Assembly: GCF_001194135.2 (NCBI RefSeq)
Contig: NC_068999.1
Span: forward strand, 10,971,852-11,029,656
DNA length: 57,805 nt
Reading direction: 5' to 3'
Source of the DNA: Octopus bimaculoides
Taxonomy: Eukaryota
Positions 24,252-37,095 of the stretch are shown one piece after another (the stretch's first letter is position 1; every line of letters starts with the position of its first letter). A program made the position numbers and the translations under genes. A model generated the notes under the pieces. The model had not been told where the DNA came from. It saw only the letters and a program-made list of their open reading frames with translations, and ran no database searches.

Positions 24252-25997
24252 TAGAGAGAGACATAGAGAAAGAAAATGAAGCTGCAATTATGGTATGAGT
24301 ACAAATTTGCAGAGATTATATAGAGTAGACAGAAATTATTTGCTAAAATTAAGAAGCAAAATCAAATTGATATATTTTTTCAAATATTTATAAGAGAAGT
24401 TCGTTTTATTTTATGTCTTTTTTCAGGAAATGAAAAGAAATTTCTTTTAAAAATTAGCGTTCATATCATCAGTTTGTTTAAGCACCAAAAATATTTTTGT
24501 CAATTAATTTGACAAAATTATTCTCCTAAAATTAGCCGTTACACAAATAAAGTCAAACATACATGCATATAATTTGGTTAACACATACGAAACAAAATAA
24601 CGACGAAGTCCATCTGAAATATATATAACATACAGAGCAGCTATATCGTGGTGTTTAATAAGCACGGCATAAACATTTCCTCGCAAATATTTTTGTTGGT
24701 GTCGCCAGTTTTGATAAATCACAGTTATTAAACAATATTCCAGACAAGAATTTATGAAAGCTAGGATAAATTTCTGGTAAAACCCGCCAAAAGCCGCAGA
24801 AGCAGTTGAATAACAAAAAAAAATAAATAAATAAAACGTATGGAAAACAAGATAAATGAAAGAATATAAAAACAAAACAAAAAACAATAAACAACACCGT
24901 ACTGGAAGTTTATGTTTTGGTTGTTTTGTTTTAATTATTTGTTGTTTTGTTTTATTTATGCGAATTAATAAAGCAATAATCCCATCTAAACAAAACCGAA
25001 GTCGGTATGAAATATATGTCTGCAACGTGAGACAAAGAAAACAAAAGATGTTTCGCTGTAGTGTCGCAGAGGTATTTCAAAGAGACGTCTCTGTATTCCC
25101 ATGGAGTTTTACAATAGAGAAATATAAAAATACATTATTTCCCATGAACAGACTAGGTATTGCATGGGTGTATGTGTATATGTGTGCATGAGCGAGCGCG
25201 TGTATACTGGATCATGTCCGTGTACGCTTTGAATGCGTATGTATGTATGTATGTATGTATGTATGTAGAGACATGTGTGACTCTTTGTAGGCATATGTCG
25301 ATATATGTATAATTATATAAAAATAGGTATGCGTGTATATATGTATGTATGTATATATGTATGTATCTGCCTATATATCTCTTTCTCCCTCGATATAAAT
25401 GGATAGATAGATATCTAGCTAGATAGATATCTAGCTAGCTAGATAGATAGATAGAGAGATAGAGAGATAGATAGATAGATACATACATACATACATACAT
25501 ATATACATACATACATACATACATACATACATGCATACATGCATATATATATGCATGCATATACATATACAGCACCCAGTTGTTAACCGTAAACTATAAA
25601 TTAACCTTTTTGAGCTCATCGAACAGCTATATGGGAAATGATTACAACCTTCAACGTCAATAACGGCTATTGTTCCTGAAAGTTGGACGAAGCTTACTAA
25701 CTTCCTGCACGTTTATCCTTGTATCTTACGTTTTAATATATATATATATAATTAGTAATATCAGGGTAAGAACAAAATTCAGAAACTTTTACTACCATTG
25801 GCCTAGCGTGTAGAAAAATTAGTCAATAGTCTATATATTATTCATATAAATACAATGAACATTTAAACACATAAGTGCATTTAAGCACATTATTTGCTGC
25901 CGATAAAGATCTGTGCTTGCGCTGTGGATTTGAAAATTTATAATATATAAACATGGGACACATGCTGGATTGCCTCGTATTTATATGTTTAATCTAG

Positions 25998-26081
25998 GCG
26001 TACCTGTTGATGAAGACTTCGCCAAGCAAATTATTTTATTTGCTAATTTAAAGTCAGATACCATGGTCCAGGAAATAGATG
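25998..26081 (+). CDS. Candidate 84-bp internal exon (phase 1-1): xVPVDEDFAKQIILFANLKSDTMVQEID; product unknown
   Basis: TTTATATGTTTAATCTAG acceptor and G|GTAAAT donor. The length is a multiple of 3 and only one frame is open. Confidence 0.35.
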
Positions 26082-26344
26082 GTAAATATTTTTATTTTTC
26101 ATTGCCTTCGAAATTTATCCCTAATAGTGGTTTGGATTTTGGCTATTCCTTCTAGCGTGCCAAGTAGCCTATGATTGATACCTCTTATGTGTTTAAACGT
26201 ACACTGTATATANNNNNNNNNNNNNNNNNNNNNNNNNNNNNNNNNNNNNNNNNNNNNNNNNNNNNNNNNNNNNNNNNNNNNNNNNNNNNNNNNNNNNNNN
26301 NNNNNNNNNNNNNNNNNNNNNNNTATATATATATAAAACTTCTT

Positions 26345-26755
26345 CTGCAGACCAACATGTAAACTTGCATTGAAAATCAAAGAGATACAGTGGAACCATG
26401 GTTACTCAAGAAGAATCAAGGAGAACCCCCAAGTTTTGTATTCATATGCAAGTAAGCAGTAATTATAAGATCGATGTCTCACCCCTCAGTCCACTGATCG
26501 ATGATAACGGCATTCTCCAACATGATGCTAAAGATATGGCAGAAGTACTGCAGAAACAATACTCTTGTGTCTTTAATGATCCCACGCAAGGGATGTGAAC
26601 GAACTCGATCCTCAACATATAATCTCGGATATAACATTTATTGCTTCAGTCAGCATAGCAGCAATAAATCATATCAAATACTATTCTGCTGTAAGCCCTG
26701 ATGGATTCCCCGCTAGTCTCCTGTTCTTTAAAGTGACTGTACCCAGAACCCTTTC
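26345..26755 (+). mobile_element. CR1-like LINE ORF2 fragment (between endonuclease and RT)
   Basis: Frameshifted pieces IKENPQVLYSYASK, LSPLIDDNGILQHDAKDMAEVLQKQYSCVFNDP and SDITF...YSAVSPDGFPASLL match the CR1-type 'NPK-FY', 'AEIL-QY-SVF' and 'APGPDG' motifs. Confidence 0.7.
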
Positions 26756-27470
26756 GAAAGCCACCTTCATTTTCAAACCTACTGCTCCCGAAATCCACCT
26801 TCAGCTTGAGGAACGGCCTAAAGTTACAGATGGCAAGGTATGAACTGTAGGAAGGACAGGTACAGTTTTGTTGTCCATTCCTGTCAACTATTTGGTTATC
26901 AGGATGTTTATCATTGAGCACTCTGAGAACAGGCTTTGCACAAATTTTGCACATGTGATGATCTTCGTGAAAAAGTCTGTGCACATTTGCCATACTAACT
27001 TAAGAATATATGTCTTTAAAGTCACAAATCTGTCTTCATACAGAAAATCGCGTATTTTCTCAAATACTTCTAACGTTCTGAGGTCTCTCTCCTACCCACA
27101 CCTTTCACCAATACTCATCTCCTCTTGCAGGCATTCAAGCTCTTGTGCAAGCGAATATGTTAAACTATAAGTAATCTGGAGCGTTTCATAAGGTTCCGTA
27201 GCGTTTTAGCCCTGTTTCACGTAAAAATTAAGTGCATAGCAAGTTTTCAAATACGCTTCACGTCCCAACAGTATTCTGCAAACTAGTCAGCTGTGACAAG
27301 CAGTGTGTAGTAAGTTGTATTCAAAGTGCTGCTGCAATCACAAAAAGAAAAAAAATGGGTGGTCACATTTTTCGACGCATAATAATGATATACGAAACTT
27401 ACTAGAACTCAGGACACACATAACTGCAGCTCTTAAAAAATGTCTTAAAATTTGTGGAACGACCATCGTA
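26756..27470 (-). mobile_element. Internally deleted, decayed mariner (DD34D-type)
   Basis: Minus-strand pieces CYALNFYVKQG*NATEPYETLQ, ERCG*ERDLRTLEVFEKIRDFLYEDR and VHRLFHED..CKICAKPVLRVL are joined to PSYSSYLAICNFRPFLKLK..RFE (decayed YSPDLAP motif). A TIR-like TACGATGGTCGTTCCACAAATTTTAAGAC lies at 27470-27442. Confidence 0.75.
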
Positions 27471-28859
27471 CGTACACACGCAGGCACGTACACTCATATA
27501 CAGACACACACACAAACACGGATACACACACACAAACACATGCACGCACAAACACACACACATACACACACACACACACACAAACACACACACTCACACA
27601 CAAACACACATATACACAAAAACACGAACACACACATAAAAATACGCATTTCCTGAATATTTCTCTTGCTGGATAGGATCACAGGATTTATGGTTCTTAA
27701 CTTAGTGATAGAGTCTCTCCTTACGATGGAAAATATTTTCACTTTCTATGGGGGATAATTAAAGTACAATTGAAGTACTTGCATACATGTATACATACAT
27801 ACATACAAGCATACATACATACATACACATGCATATACATGCTTACACACGTATTTATATATGTGTGCTTCAGTGGATATGTGTGTATGAGTGCGCCTGT
27901 ATTATGCATAACTAATTTCACTTCAATCACTTTTTCTGTCTCTACCCCACCTCTCTCTCTATATATATATATCTATGTATGTATGTATGTATGTATGTAT
28001 GCAGGTATATATATACGTGTGTGTGTTCGTACGTATATATATATACATATGTATGCACGTATGCATTTATGTATACGAAGTATGAAGAATGTGCCTAAGG
28101 GTGTCTGCTATGAACGAAACACGCTTATTCGTTTCCCCAGCTGTAATAAGAACATCTAGAGATTACAAACTTTAGTGCAGATTACGACAAAAATAGACAA
28201 AATCGTTTATTTTTTTCTCATGTCATGACACGTCGTTACTGCATCAATTGCATTAGATTGTGAATTTAAACGGTTTCGTAATTTTATTATCTCATTTCAT
28301 CAGACATATAACACACTACATCAAATATTAAATAACATTTCATTCTTTTCTTTTCTGTATTCATATATGTGTGGTGTGTGTGTATGTATATGTATACACA
28401 CACAAATGATATGCATATGTATATATATACAGAGAGAGAGAGAGAGAGAGAGAACAAGAGAGAAAGAGAGAGAGAGAAAGAAAGAAAGAGAGAGAAAGAG
28501 AGAGAAAGAGAGCGAGAGAAAGTGACCAAGGTCAGTTGGGAGTGAATTTTGATGCATTACTATAGAAGCATTCCACCTGAATACTGGGATATCAACATTT
28601 TTTGGATCCAAGCCGAGGCAGGAATACATCTGAAGTAGAAACTATAAGTTTCATGACGATCATATCGTCATATGGTTTAGGCGAAGACTAAATAATCCTA
28701 AGGAAAGAAGAAGACAAGGAAAGTTTGTACCACCTCCACTTGCAACGCCAGTTTGCGCGAAAATTCTAATAGAAAAATTAGGTAATATCTGCCGTTTTAG
28801 GCATTGGGGAGGCACTTCCTCAAACTTGCATTAAATTTGTGGCATTATATGTATTTGTG

Positions 28860-29042
28860 TATAAGTGTGTTTGTCCCAACACCAACGCTTGGCAGCCGAT
28901 GTTTGTGTGCTTACATCCCTGTCACTTACATGTTCGGCAAAAGATACCGATAGAATAAAGACTAGTCTTACAAAGAATAAGTTCTTGGTGTGAGTTGTTC
29001 GACTAGAGACGGTTCTCCAACATGACGCCAGTCAAATGACTG
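28860..29042 (+). mobile_element. Family-3 SINE 3' tail
   Basis: GTGTTTGTCCC...TTCGGCAAAAGATACCGATAGAATAA...CAGTCAAATGACTG is the reverse of the 55090-55290 tail. Confidence 0.8.
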
Positions 29043-29323
29043 NNNNNNNNNNNNNNNNNNNNNNNNNNNNNNNNNNNNNNNNNNNNNNNNNNNNNNNNNN
29101 NNNNNNNNNNNNNNNNNNNNNNNNNNNNNNNNNNNNNNNNNNNNNNNNNNNNNNNNNNNNNNNNNNATATATATATATATATATATACATACATATATGC
29201 ATGTATATTCGAGCTAAAGAAAAAAATAAAACTCCTGTAAGTTACATTTTATGAGAAATATTATCTAGATCTCACAACATTTATGCCTTTCTTGTTTTTT
29301 GTTTTGCACATATTTTCCCATGA

Positions 29324-29325
29324 AA

Positions 29326-29390
<65 letters not shown>

Positions 29391-29535
29391 ATAGAACATC
29401 GGCAACATTGACAGGTGCATTAGTACTTGTATGGTAGTAGTATCCACTAGAACGATGGTGATGACGATGACGACGACGACGAGAATGATGATAATGTTGA
29501 TGATGATGATGATGACGACGACGACGACGACGACA
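29324..29535. repeat. (TAG)n followed by (GAT/GAC)n microsatellites
   Basis: Read directly from the sequence. Confidence 0.9.
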
Positions 29536-29999
29536 GTTGCTTTTATTTGCCACAAGATCACTACATTTTGGAGCATTAAAAAAAAATGTTCACACATTTT
29601 TTGCGGGTAATTTATAAAGATCATAGTATCAAATGAAGAGGCGGAGGATATGAAATAGAAAAGAATGCTTAGTAGAAAAATATGTGATCATGCGGAGAAT
29701 GAAGTACTTCAAACACTACAGACCTTCCCATTATGGCGAATCTAAGAATGTCCCACATCGAAGAATACTCTGACAACCAAAAGCACAAGTCTATACTCAT
29801 CTGTTGTCCTCCAACATGCAGACACATGGTTACGGTATTCCTATTCATTTAATCATATTGTCACATACTGCTGTACCTGGTGATGTTAATTATTGTAATG
29901 ATATCGTTCTCTAAGTTTGTTTCCTAATTCTTGATGATATTTCGCGAGGAAATAGTATTAAATGCTATAGATCTTTTATATCCTTAACATTCTACCTGT

Positions 30000-30280
30000 T
30001 CCAGTCATTGGAAAGCTTTTGCAGAACCGCTAAATGAAGGGCAGGAAAGCAAGTCAACTTTGGTTGCCAGTCATAGAAAAAAGAAATGAGTACCCTAACG
30101 CATAAGCGCATACCCAGACACAAAGGCACAAACAACCCCACTCCACACACACACACACACACACACATACACGACTGTCTTTGACAATGTTTCTAGCTAC
30201 AAAATTCCCTCGCACGGCATTCATCTGTGCGGACTTCTTGTTGGAGACACTTACAGCATGTTGAGGCAGGACGCGAAATT
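30000..30280 (-). mobile_element. Highly diverged family-3 SINE with internal (CA)n
   Basis: GCAGAACCGCTAAAT, (CA)n, ATACACGAC and GAGACACTT blocks occur in the same order as in 55078-55488. Confidence 0.5.
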
Positions 30281-31084
30281 ATGTGAAAAATGGTGAAAAC
30301 TCACAATTGTGATTTATTGTGATTTAGTTTCTGTCTTTGTAAAGTAAGCTGCAATGTAAAACTGGAAAATTTATCTATAAATTTATAAATTGCTTAAGTG
30401 TATACCTGTTTACATTAATATTCGGCAGGTTATTGCATTTGACGGAGACGAAACTATAAATTCAAATTTATAACGCTATTGATAATAACTGTATATTTAA
30501 AACCCTTGCTTCATATTCAATAAAATCTGGAAGGCCTTCTTTTGGCCTTGTACATTTCCCAATGATAATTAGAAAATTATAATGGGTGTTTTATTTTGTT
30601 TCCAAAATTTGAAATGGCTGTGTGGGTCGAATAGAGTAAAATAAAAACCAAAGCCGTCCACAATCAAAGAATGACTAAGAATCTCGTGTCTATACATTGG
30701 CGCAGTATTTGATCCAGGTGGCATATTCACTGGAACTTAGGACAGATATTTTATCTTGTTATGAAGCAATATGTTGTTGGACTCTTTCAACAAGTAGAGT
30801 ATTTTACTTTCCTTCAAACAAAAATTGAAGCGTAGGACGAAGATTTTCTACAGCATTCCACTCCCGCGTCTTAACATAACTGTTGTGATACCATCTTTCC
30901 AATAGCATTATCTGCCTTCAGAATGAAACGAAAAAAGAAATGGTTATACGATATCTGCCAGACTCTTTGGTAGCACATGCCTACGCTCCTATACGCAATT
31001 TAGACGTGGCTTTCGACGAAGAGGATAGGCTACGGCTCAAAGGGCCATGGATAGATCTATGCTAGTAATACAATTAGAAGAGCA

Positions 31085-31243
31085 TATTCTTTTCTACTCT
31101 AAGCACAAGGCCCGAACTTTTTAGGTGTGTGTGTGTGGGGGGGAGCAGTCGATTGGATCAACCCCAGTACGCAACTGGTACTTAATTTATCGACCCCGTA
31201 AAGATGAAAGGCAACGTTAACCTCAGCGGAATTTGAATTCAAA
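31085..31243 (-). mobile_element. Family-2 SINE, 5'-truncated
   Basis: CTACTCTAAGCACAAGGCCCG...ACCCCAGTACGCAACTGGTACTTAATTTATCGACCCC...GATGAAAGGC. Confidence 0.9.
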
Positions 31244-31244
31244 T

Positions 31245-31530
31245 AGGAGAGCATTTTCAAAAATAAAATATTTCGAGAACGGAGCTGAGTGAATGATGTC
31301 ATCAGAGAATACCGAAAGCAAACTTAACTCTAGGCCGGACATGTTGTAAGTTTCACAGACAACAGATGGAATCTTGCAGTTGCCGAGTTGTATCCAAGAG
31401 GCTGGAAAATGCCATTTTGAAGGCCTCTATGACGATAGGAAAATAATTTTGTTAAATTGTTTTGTGTAAAGATGGAAAAGAATGACGCAATCAAGAAAGA
31501 ATTGGGAGCTCATTGTGACTAGCAGTGTAC
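31245..31530 (+). mobile_element. RTE-clade LINE 3' end remnant
   Basis: FRERS*VNDVIREYRKQT*L*AGHVVSFTDNRWNLAVAELYPRGWKMPF*RP matches the RTE C-terminal 'WAGHV-R-xDNRW...WYPR-WKRP-GRP' pattern. Several stops. Confidence 0.75.
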
Positions 31531-32469
31531 TACAGTATTTGATAGTCAGGTCGACACTGTGATGTATATACGTGCGCGTGTGTTTGTGCCTTCTGCGTGT
31601 GTGTGTTTGTGTGTATACATAAATATATATGTTTGCATGTATATGAATAAACGTGCATACATGTATATATTATTAGTAAAGCTTTTTAGAATGTACGAAT
31701 GCGTATATTTTTAATTTTGGTTTTATTAAGTATTTTCTCTTCCATTTCACTTCCAATTTATTCTCTCGATTCAACCGAACGTGTGTGTCTTTCCTATTCA
31801 CATTGACTGCAATAACAAAATATATCGCAACGAGAAAACCAACAACACACGTTACCAGTTATAACAATGGCAACAGTACATGCAAGCAACACAAAATCGA
31901 CCAACAAAACACACATAACACAGCACAATATATCCCACAACATCAATAGTTGTGTAGTTCTTTTGTTTATTTGTCGCCTTTCTTTCATTTGAAGTAAATT
32001 CCAACTGACATTCAGGAAAGAAAACAAACACCGGAGAAGAAAAGGGAAGAAGATTCATTCCCCCACTTATTCTTCTGACCATTTTCACCACAACTACTAC
32101 TAATGGCATCACCAATACCTCCAACACTCCTCAACACAAACACGACCACGACCATCACCACCATCCATGTTACCACCATTATTATTACCAGATTTGTCGT
32201 TACGAACAATACCGCCACCACAAACATCAACACTGCGCGCATAACTACCGCTATCGCCATCACAGACGTAACTGCTGCCACCACAATGACCAAAACTACC
32301 CCTACCACCACCATTACCACCAACACAATTACCGAGAACAACAACACTATATTCTACCCAAACTAAGTCTCTCAAAATCATCCACTTGCTCAACCATTTC
32401 TGTTTCATTAAAAAAAACTGCAGCTACTACAGTAAAAAAGCACCACCTACTGTTTCTGATTAACGTCAT

Positions 32470-32741
32470 GTTATTGTTCTTTCTCGAACCATGCCTGGCT
32501 CATAAGGGCCGGGTTCTCGGTTTCATTGGCGTATAAGTTCCTCAATTGGACGGGACGCCGGTCCATCGCAGGTGAGCTGCTAGATGCACGAGGAAAGAAT
32601 GAAAGAAAGTTGTGGCGAAAGAGTCAGTAGAAGTTCGGCATTACCTTCTGCCGGAGCCGCGTGGAGAGTAAGTGTTTCGCTTAGAAACACATACATCGCC
32701 CGATCTGTGATTCGAACCTTCGATCCCTCGACCGCGAGTCC
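32470..32741 (-). mobile_element. tRNA-derived SINE with V-like block
   Basis: Reverse complement has B-box GGTTCGAATC and CCTGCGATGGACCGGCGTCCCGTCC, which I recall as V-SINE-like. Confidence 0.65.
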
Positions 32742-33989
32742 TACATATATGCACACGTGACAGTGTACGAGTGAGTTCGTGTAGGTGTGAAGGCGGGCAC
32801 GTATATGAATGCGTATATGTGTATGACAAGACGTGTATCAATATGAGGGACAAACGCACATTTTTCCTCCTTTCACACACACCAAAACACACAAACACTA
32901 ACTCACAGACGCATATTTAATGTACGTGCGAATCTAGAACGGCGTAAAGGCATCTCTGATACTCCACAGAAACAGTGTCCTTGAAATCATGCTTGCACAC
33001 ATTCGAACCTAAACAACCACAAACACGAATGCACACTTACAAATACCAGCACTCAATGACTCACTCACTCACTCACTCACACAAACATACACCCCCCCAC
33101 ACACACACACAAGACCTCTCTCTTTTCCCTTGTTGTATTCTTGTCCGCTTCTTCTCNNNNNNNNNNNNNNNNNNNNNNNNNNNNNNNNNNNNNNNNNNNN
33201 NNNNNNNNNNNNNNNNNNNNNNNNNNNNNNNNNNNNNNNNNNNNNNNNNNNNNNNNTATATATATTCGGCATTCATAGCGATGTACAGAAACAAGCCATG
33301 ACAGTAAAAGGAGATACAGCAACACAGATGTCTAAGAGAAAATTTCTCTCTCACGTTTATCCATTTCTATATCTTGAAAAAGCACGTTTCTTTAAAGCTG
33401 GCCCTAATTTTAGTAACAATTTTTTTTCGGCCCTTAATATCTCTCCTTTCCATTAATTCTATTCATATACTAACATTTTTCTCATAATTCTTTAAAACTT
33501 TATTCGATTTCTGCTTGTGGCGGTATTTTTGTCACTCAATATTTGTGAATAATACTATTTTATGTCTTCGGTTTTCTTTCTCAAATTCATTTATCGTAAT
33601 TTTATTTTATTCTCCTGTTTTTCTTCCCCTCTCCAATATTTATTTTCTATCTTCCTATATTTTAATTTATTTCTTTTTATCATTGTTATATTTCTTTTGC
33701 GGTTTTTCGTTGATTATTTACGGAGTAAAAATAGCTTTCAAAATAGTCTTGTTTCAGTTAACTCATTCTAGGCTCGTCAACTTCAATATGTTTCCGACAT
33801 GAATTGAAACATATTTTATTTATTTCTATGTTTATGTTACTAATTTTATTACAAATTTCGCTAAACAATTTCTTTCCTAACGAGTAACACAACTCATCCA
33901 ATAAACAGATTTAAACAGACATAGATTTCATGAAAATAAATAGCCTAGACATAATGTCACTAATAGACGAGGTTTCCCTCATTTAAATA

Positions 33990-34346
33990 GTCTTTTGTAC
34001 TCTAGGCACAAGGCCCGACATTTTTTGTGGAAGGGGCCAGTCGATTACATTGACCCCAGCACGCAACCGGTACTTAATTTATCGACCCCAAAAGAATGAA
34101 AGGCAAAGTCAACCTCGGCGAAATGTAAACTCCAAACGTAAAGACAGACGAAATACCCCTAAGCATTTCGCTCGGCGTGCTAACGTTTCCTTATTTCTTT
34201 ATTGCCCACAAGGACTAAACATAGAGGAGACAAACAAGGACAAAGGTATTAAATCGATTACATCGACCCCAATGCGTAACTGGTACTTAATTTATCGACC
34301 CCGAGAGGATGAAAGGCAAAGTAGACCTCGGCGGAATTGGAACTCT
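33990..34346 (-). mobile_element. Dimeric family-2 SINE, 5'-truncated
   Basis: Same two-monomer layout and junction (about 34188) as 10660-11085. Confidence 0.9.
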
Positions 34347-35022
34347 TAGAAATTCCTCTTTCACTGATAGATGCATCTTGAAAATATGATGACCTGAGGT
34401 CGTGAAGCAAGTGACTTTGATTCAAGGCTAACGTATACCTAAAAGCGTTCGTGCAATCGAGTCTTGTATAACATGCTGGACAGATAACGTATGGCAGTTT
34501 TCGTATTTTTCATATTCGGGTCAACCAAGCAATCCAGTTTTCAGTAACTGAAAGGTCAACTGTCACATTTCATAACGTGGTCTTCAATTTGATTTCTCCA
34601 AGTCATATGGACATGACAGCGGTGAGATTTTCTAGATGTTTGGTAAGTTCTAGCCGGAGATTTGTCGGTTGTTGCCTTTCAGGAGAGTCAATAGATACCC
34701 TTCGTCACTTGCTTGTAATTATTTTACGTTTCTGCATTGCATACCCCATTAATCCCGTGTTAATCTTTTGGAGAAGCGAACTTATTAACGACATAGTCAT
34801 GCCTGCATCCGTGTATAACATGAAGATATATATACATTTGTCATATATTATTTTATGTGGATAAGAATTATGTATAGATATCAATGCTTACACAACCCGT
34901 CAGTGACGCATATATACACACATAGTGATGACATAAGCACACGCAATTCTGCGCTTACATCAATTATATATGTATCTGTGTGTGTATGTATGCATGTATG
35001 TATGTGTGTATGTATGTATGTT

Positions 35023-35081
<59 letters not shown>

Positions 35082-36090
35082 ACATCCGTACTTTAATATT
35101 ATTTTGATATATCGAAAAATGATGTTAGGAATGATTTAGTAGAAGTGATGTAGTAGAAAGGTGTAGAAGAGTGACAACTAAAGGTGGACAAAATTTTTAA
35201 GGAATAAGACTGCCTCGGATAGAGGAAAAAGTGAGATGCTTCAACATATATCGAAACGGTGAGAGATGTATTACAATATAAATATATCCGACCGCGACTG
35301 TGTCAGCGGCTGAATAAGAAATTTTTCAGAAACAATAGCCTCGTCTCTTATTCTTTCTCCTCCTTCACTTAAGATGTGGTTGAAAGACAGTGATAGATAT
35401 TTTTTGAAATTCCATCTTCATAATTGATTCTTTCTGTTTGTGTTTCTTTATCTGCATCTCATTCTCTCTTCTTTCTCTCCCCTCTTTCTCTCTCTCTCTC
35501 TCTCTCTCTGTAGCTCTAAACCTCTTCCTTTATATATTTCACTCTTGGTTTGTCGGCCCTTCATCTCTCACCACTTTCTCCTTCACACAAATCTGCTGTG
35601 AGCCGTCGTGAAGAGAGTTGCTTGTCGGAAAATGTTCATAAGAAAGAAATAGCGAAGGAAGGGAGAATCCATCACGTCAAACTCTTTGGAATATGATGAA
35701 GGAGCTTTTCAGTTGTCTTGTGATGGGCATCAATGGAGCCAAAATCGACAAGGCAGGCGTCCAACAACGATGGAATGAGGACAGCGATGACGACAACAAC
35801 GACAGCGGCCGGTTATGATTTAGGATAAAAATCCCAATGACAATTATGAGGACGATTTACGTTACGCGATGAAGGGGAGAGAAATGTCATTCTCTGATAT
35901 ATCTAAATTGTTGCCAGTGATAGAGTGTTTGTGAGAGAATGTTTTCCAACGACCTCCATCTTGCGTTGTTCTATAAATCGGCAAAATGGCGGGGGGAAAT
36001 TTATTATTGAGGCTGTTGTCATCAACATCGTCATCGTTGTTGCTGTTGCTGCTCTTCTTCTTCTTCTGGTTTCTGTTGTCGTTCTTTTGA

Positions 36091-36125
<35 letters not shown>

Positions 36126-36127
36126 AC

Positions 36128-36163
<36 letters not shown>

Positions 36164-36843
36164 ATATATGTGTATATACATATACATATNNNNNNNNNNN
36201 NNNNNNNNNNNNNNNNNNNNNNNNNNNNNNNNNNNNNNNNNNNNNNNNNNNNNNNNNNNNNNNNNNNNNNNNNNNNNNNNNNNNNNNNNNNNNNNNNNNN
36301 NNNNNNNNNNNNNNNNNNNNNNNNNNNNNNNNNNNNNNNNNNNNNNNNNNNNNNNNNNNNNNNNNNNNNNNNNNNNNNNNNNNNNNNNNNNNNNNNNNNN
36401 NNNNNNNNNNNNNNNNNNNNNNNNNNNNNNNNNNNNNNNNNNNNNNNNNNNNNNNNNNNNNNNNNNNNNNNNNNNNNNNNNNNNNNNNNNNNNNNNNNNN
36501 NNNNNNNNNNNNNNNNNNNNNNNNNNNNNNNNNNNNNNNNNNNNNNNNNNNNNNNNNNNNNNNNNNNNNNNNNNNNNNNNNNNNNNNNNNNNNNNNNNNN
36601 NNNNNNNNNNNNNNNNNNNNNNNNNNNNNNNNNNNNNNNNNNNNNNNNNNNNNNNNNNNNNNNNNNNNNNNNNNNNNNNNNNNNNNNNNNNNNNNNNNNN
36701 NNNNNNNNNNNNNNNNNNNNNNNNCCTTCGTCTTCTTCTATTTTTCTTCTACCTCCTCTTCTCCTTCCTCCTTCCTCACCCGTCCTCTTCCAACTCCTCT
36801 TCTCCTTCCTTCATTCCATCGTCCTCCTCTTCTTTCTTTTTCT

Positions 36844-36844
<1 letters not shown>

Positions 36845-36936
<92 letters not shown>

Positions 36937-36962
36937 CATCATTATTATTATTATTATTATCA
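36845..36962. repeat. (ATC)n-(ATT)n microsatellite
   Basis: Read directly from the sequence. Confidence 0.95.
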
Positions 36963-36988
36963 TACTTGGCTATTTTTTTCGTTGTTAG

Positions 36989-37095
36989 ATTTTGGCAATG
37001 GAAGAACAGAAATCTTCCTCAGTATGGAGTTTCTGACACGCGATCCTGAAAACAAAGGAACCAAAGAGTTTCACATTCAGCTAAACCCTAGTTAA
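36989..37095 (+). CDS. Candidate exon (phase-1 start): xFGNGRTEIFLSMEFLTRDPENKGTKEFHIQLNPS*; product unknown
   Basis: CTATTTTTTTCGTTGTTAG acceptor, frame open to TAA at 37093-95. Possible phase-1 donors at 37022 (GTATGG) or 37091 (weak GTTAAA). Confidence 0.25.

Noticed and set aside
28653-28671. ATGACGAT-CAT-ATCGTCAT hairpin (and CAGATGCAG/CTGCATCTG near 39987-40019)
   Set aside because: A few 8-9-bp inverted repeats are expected by chance in 48 kb of called sequence.
29640-29730. Possible RTE-like fragment (KRMLSRKICDHAENEVLQ)
   Set aside because: Too short and diverged to support a call.
32103-32366. Thr-rich, mucin-like 87-aa ORF
   Set aside because: Degenerate (CAC/CAA/ACT)n low complexity, with no splice or signal features.
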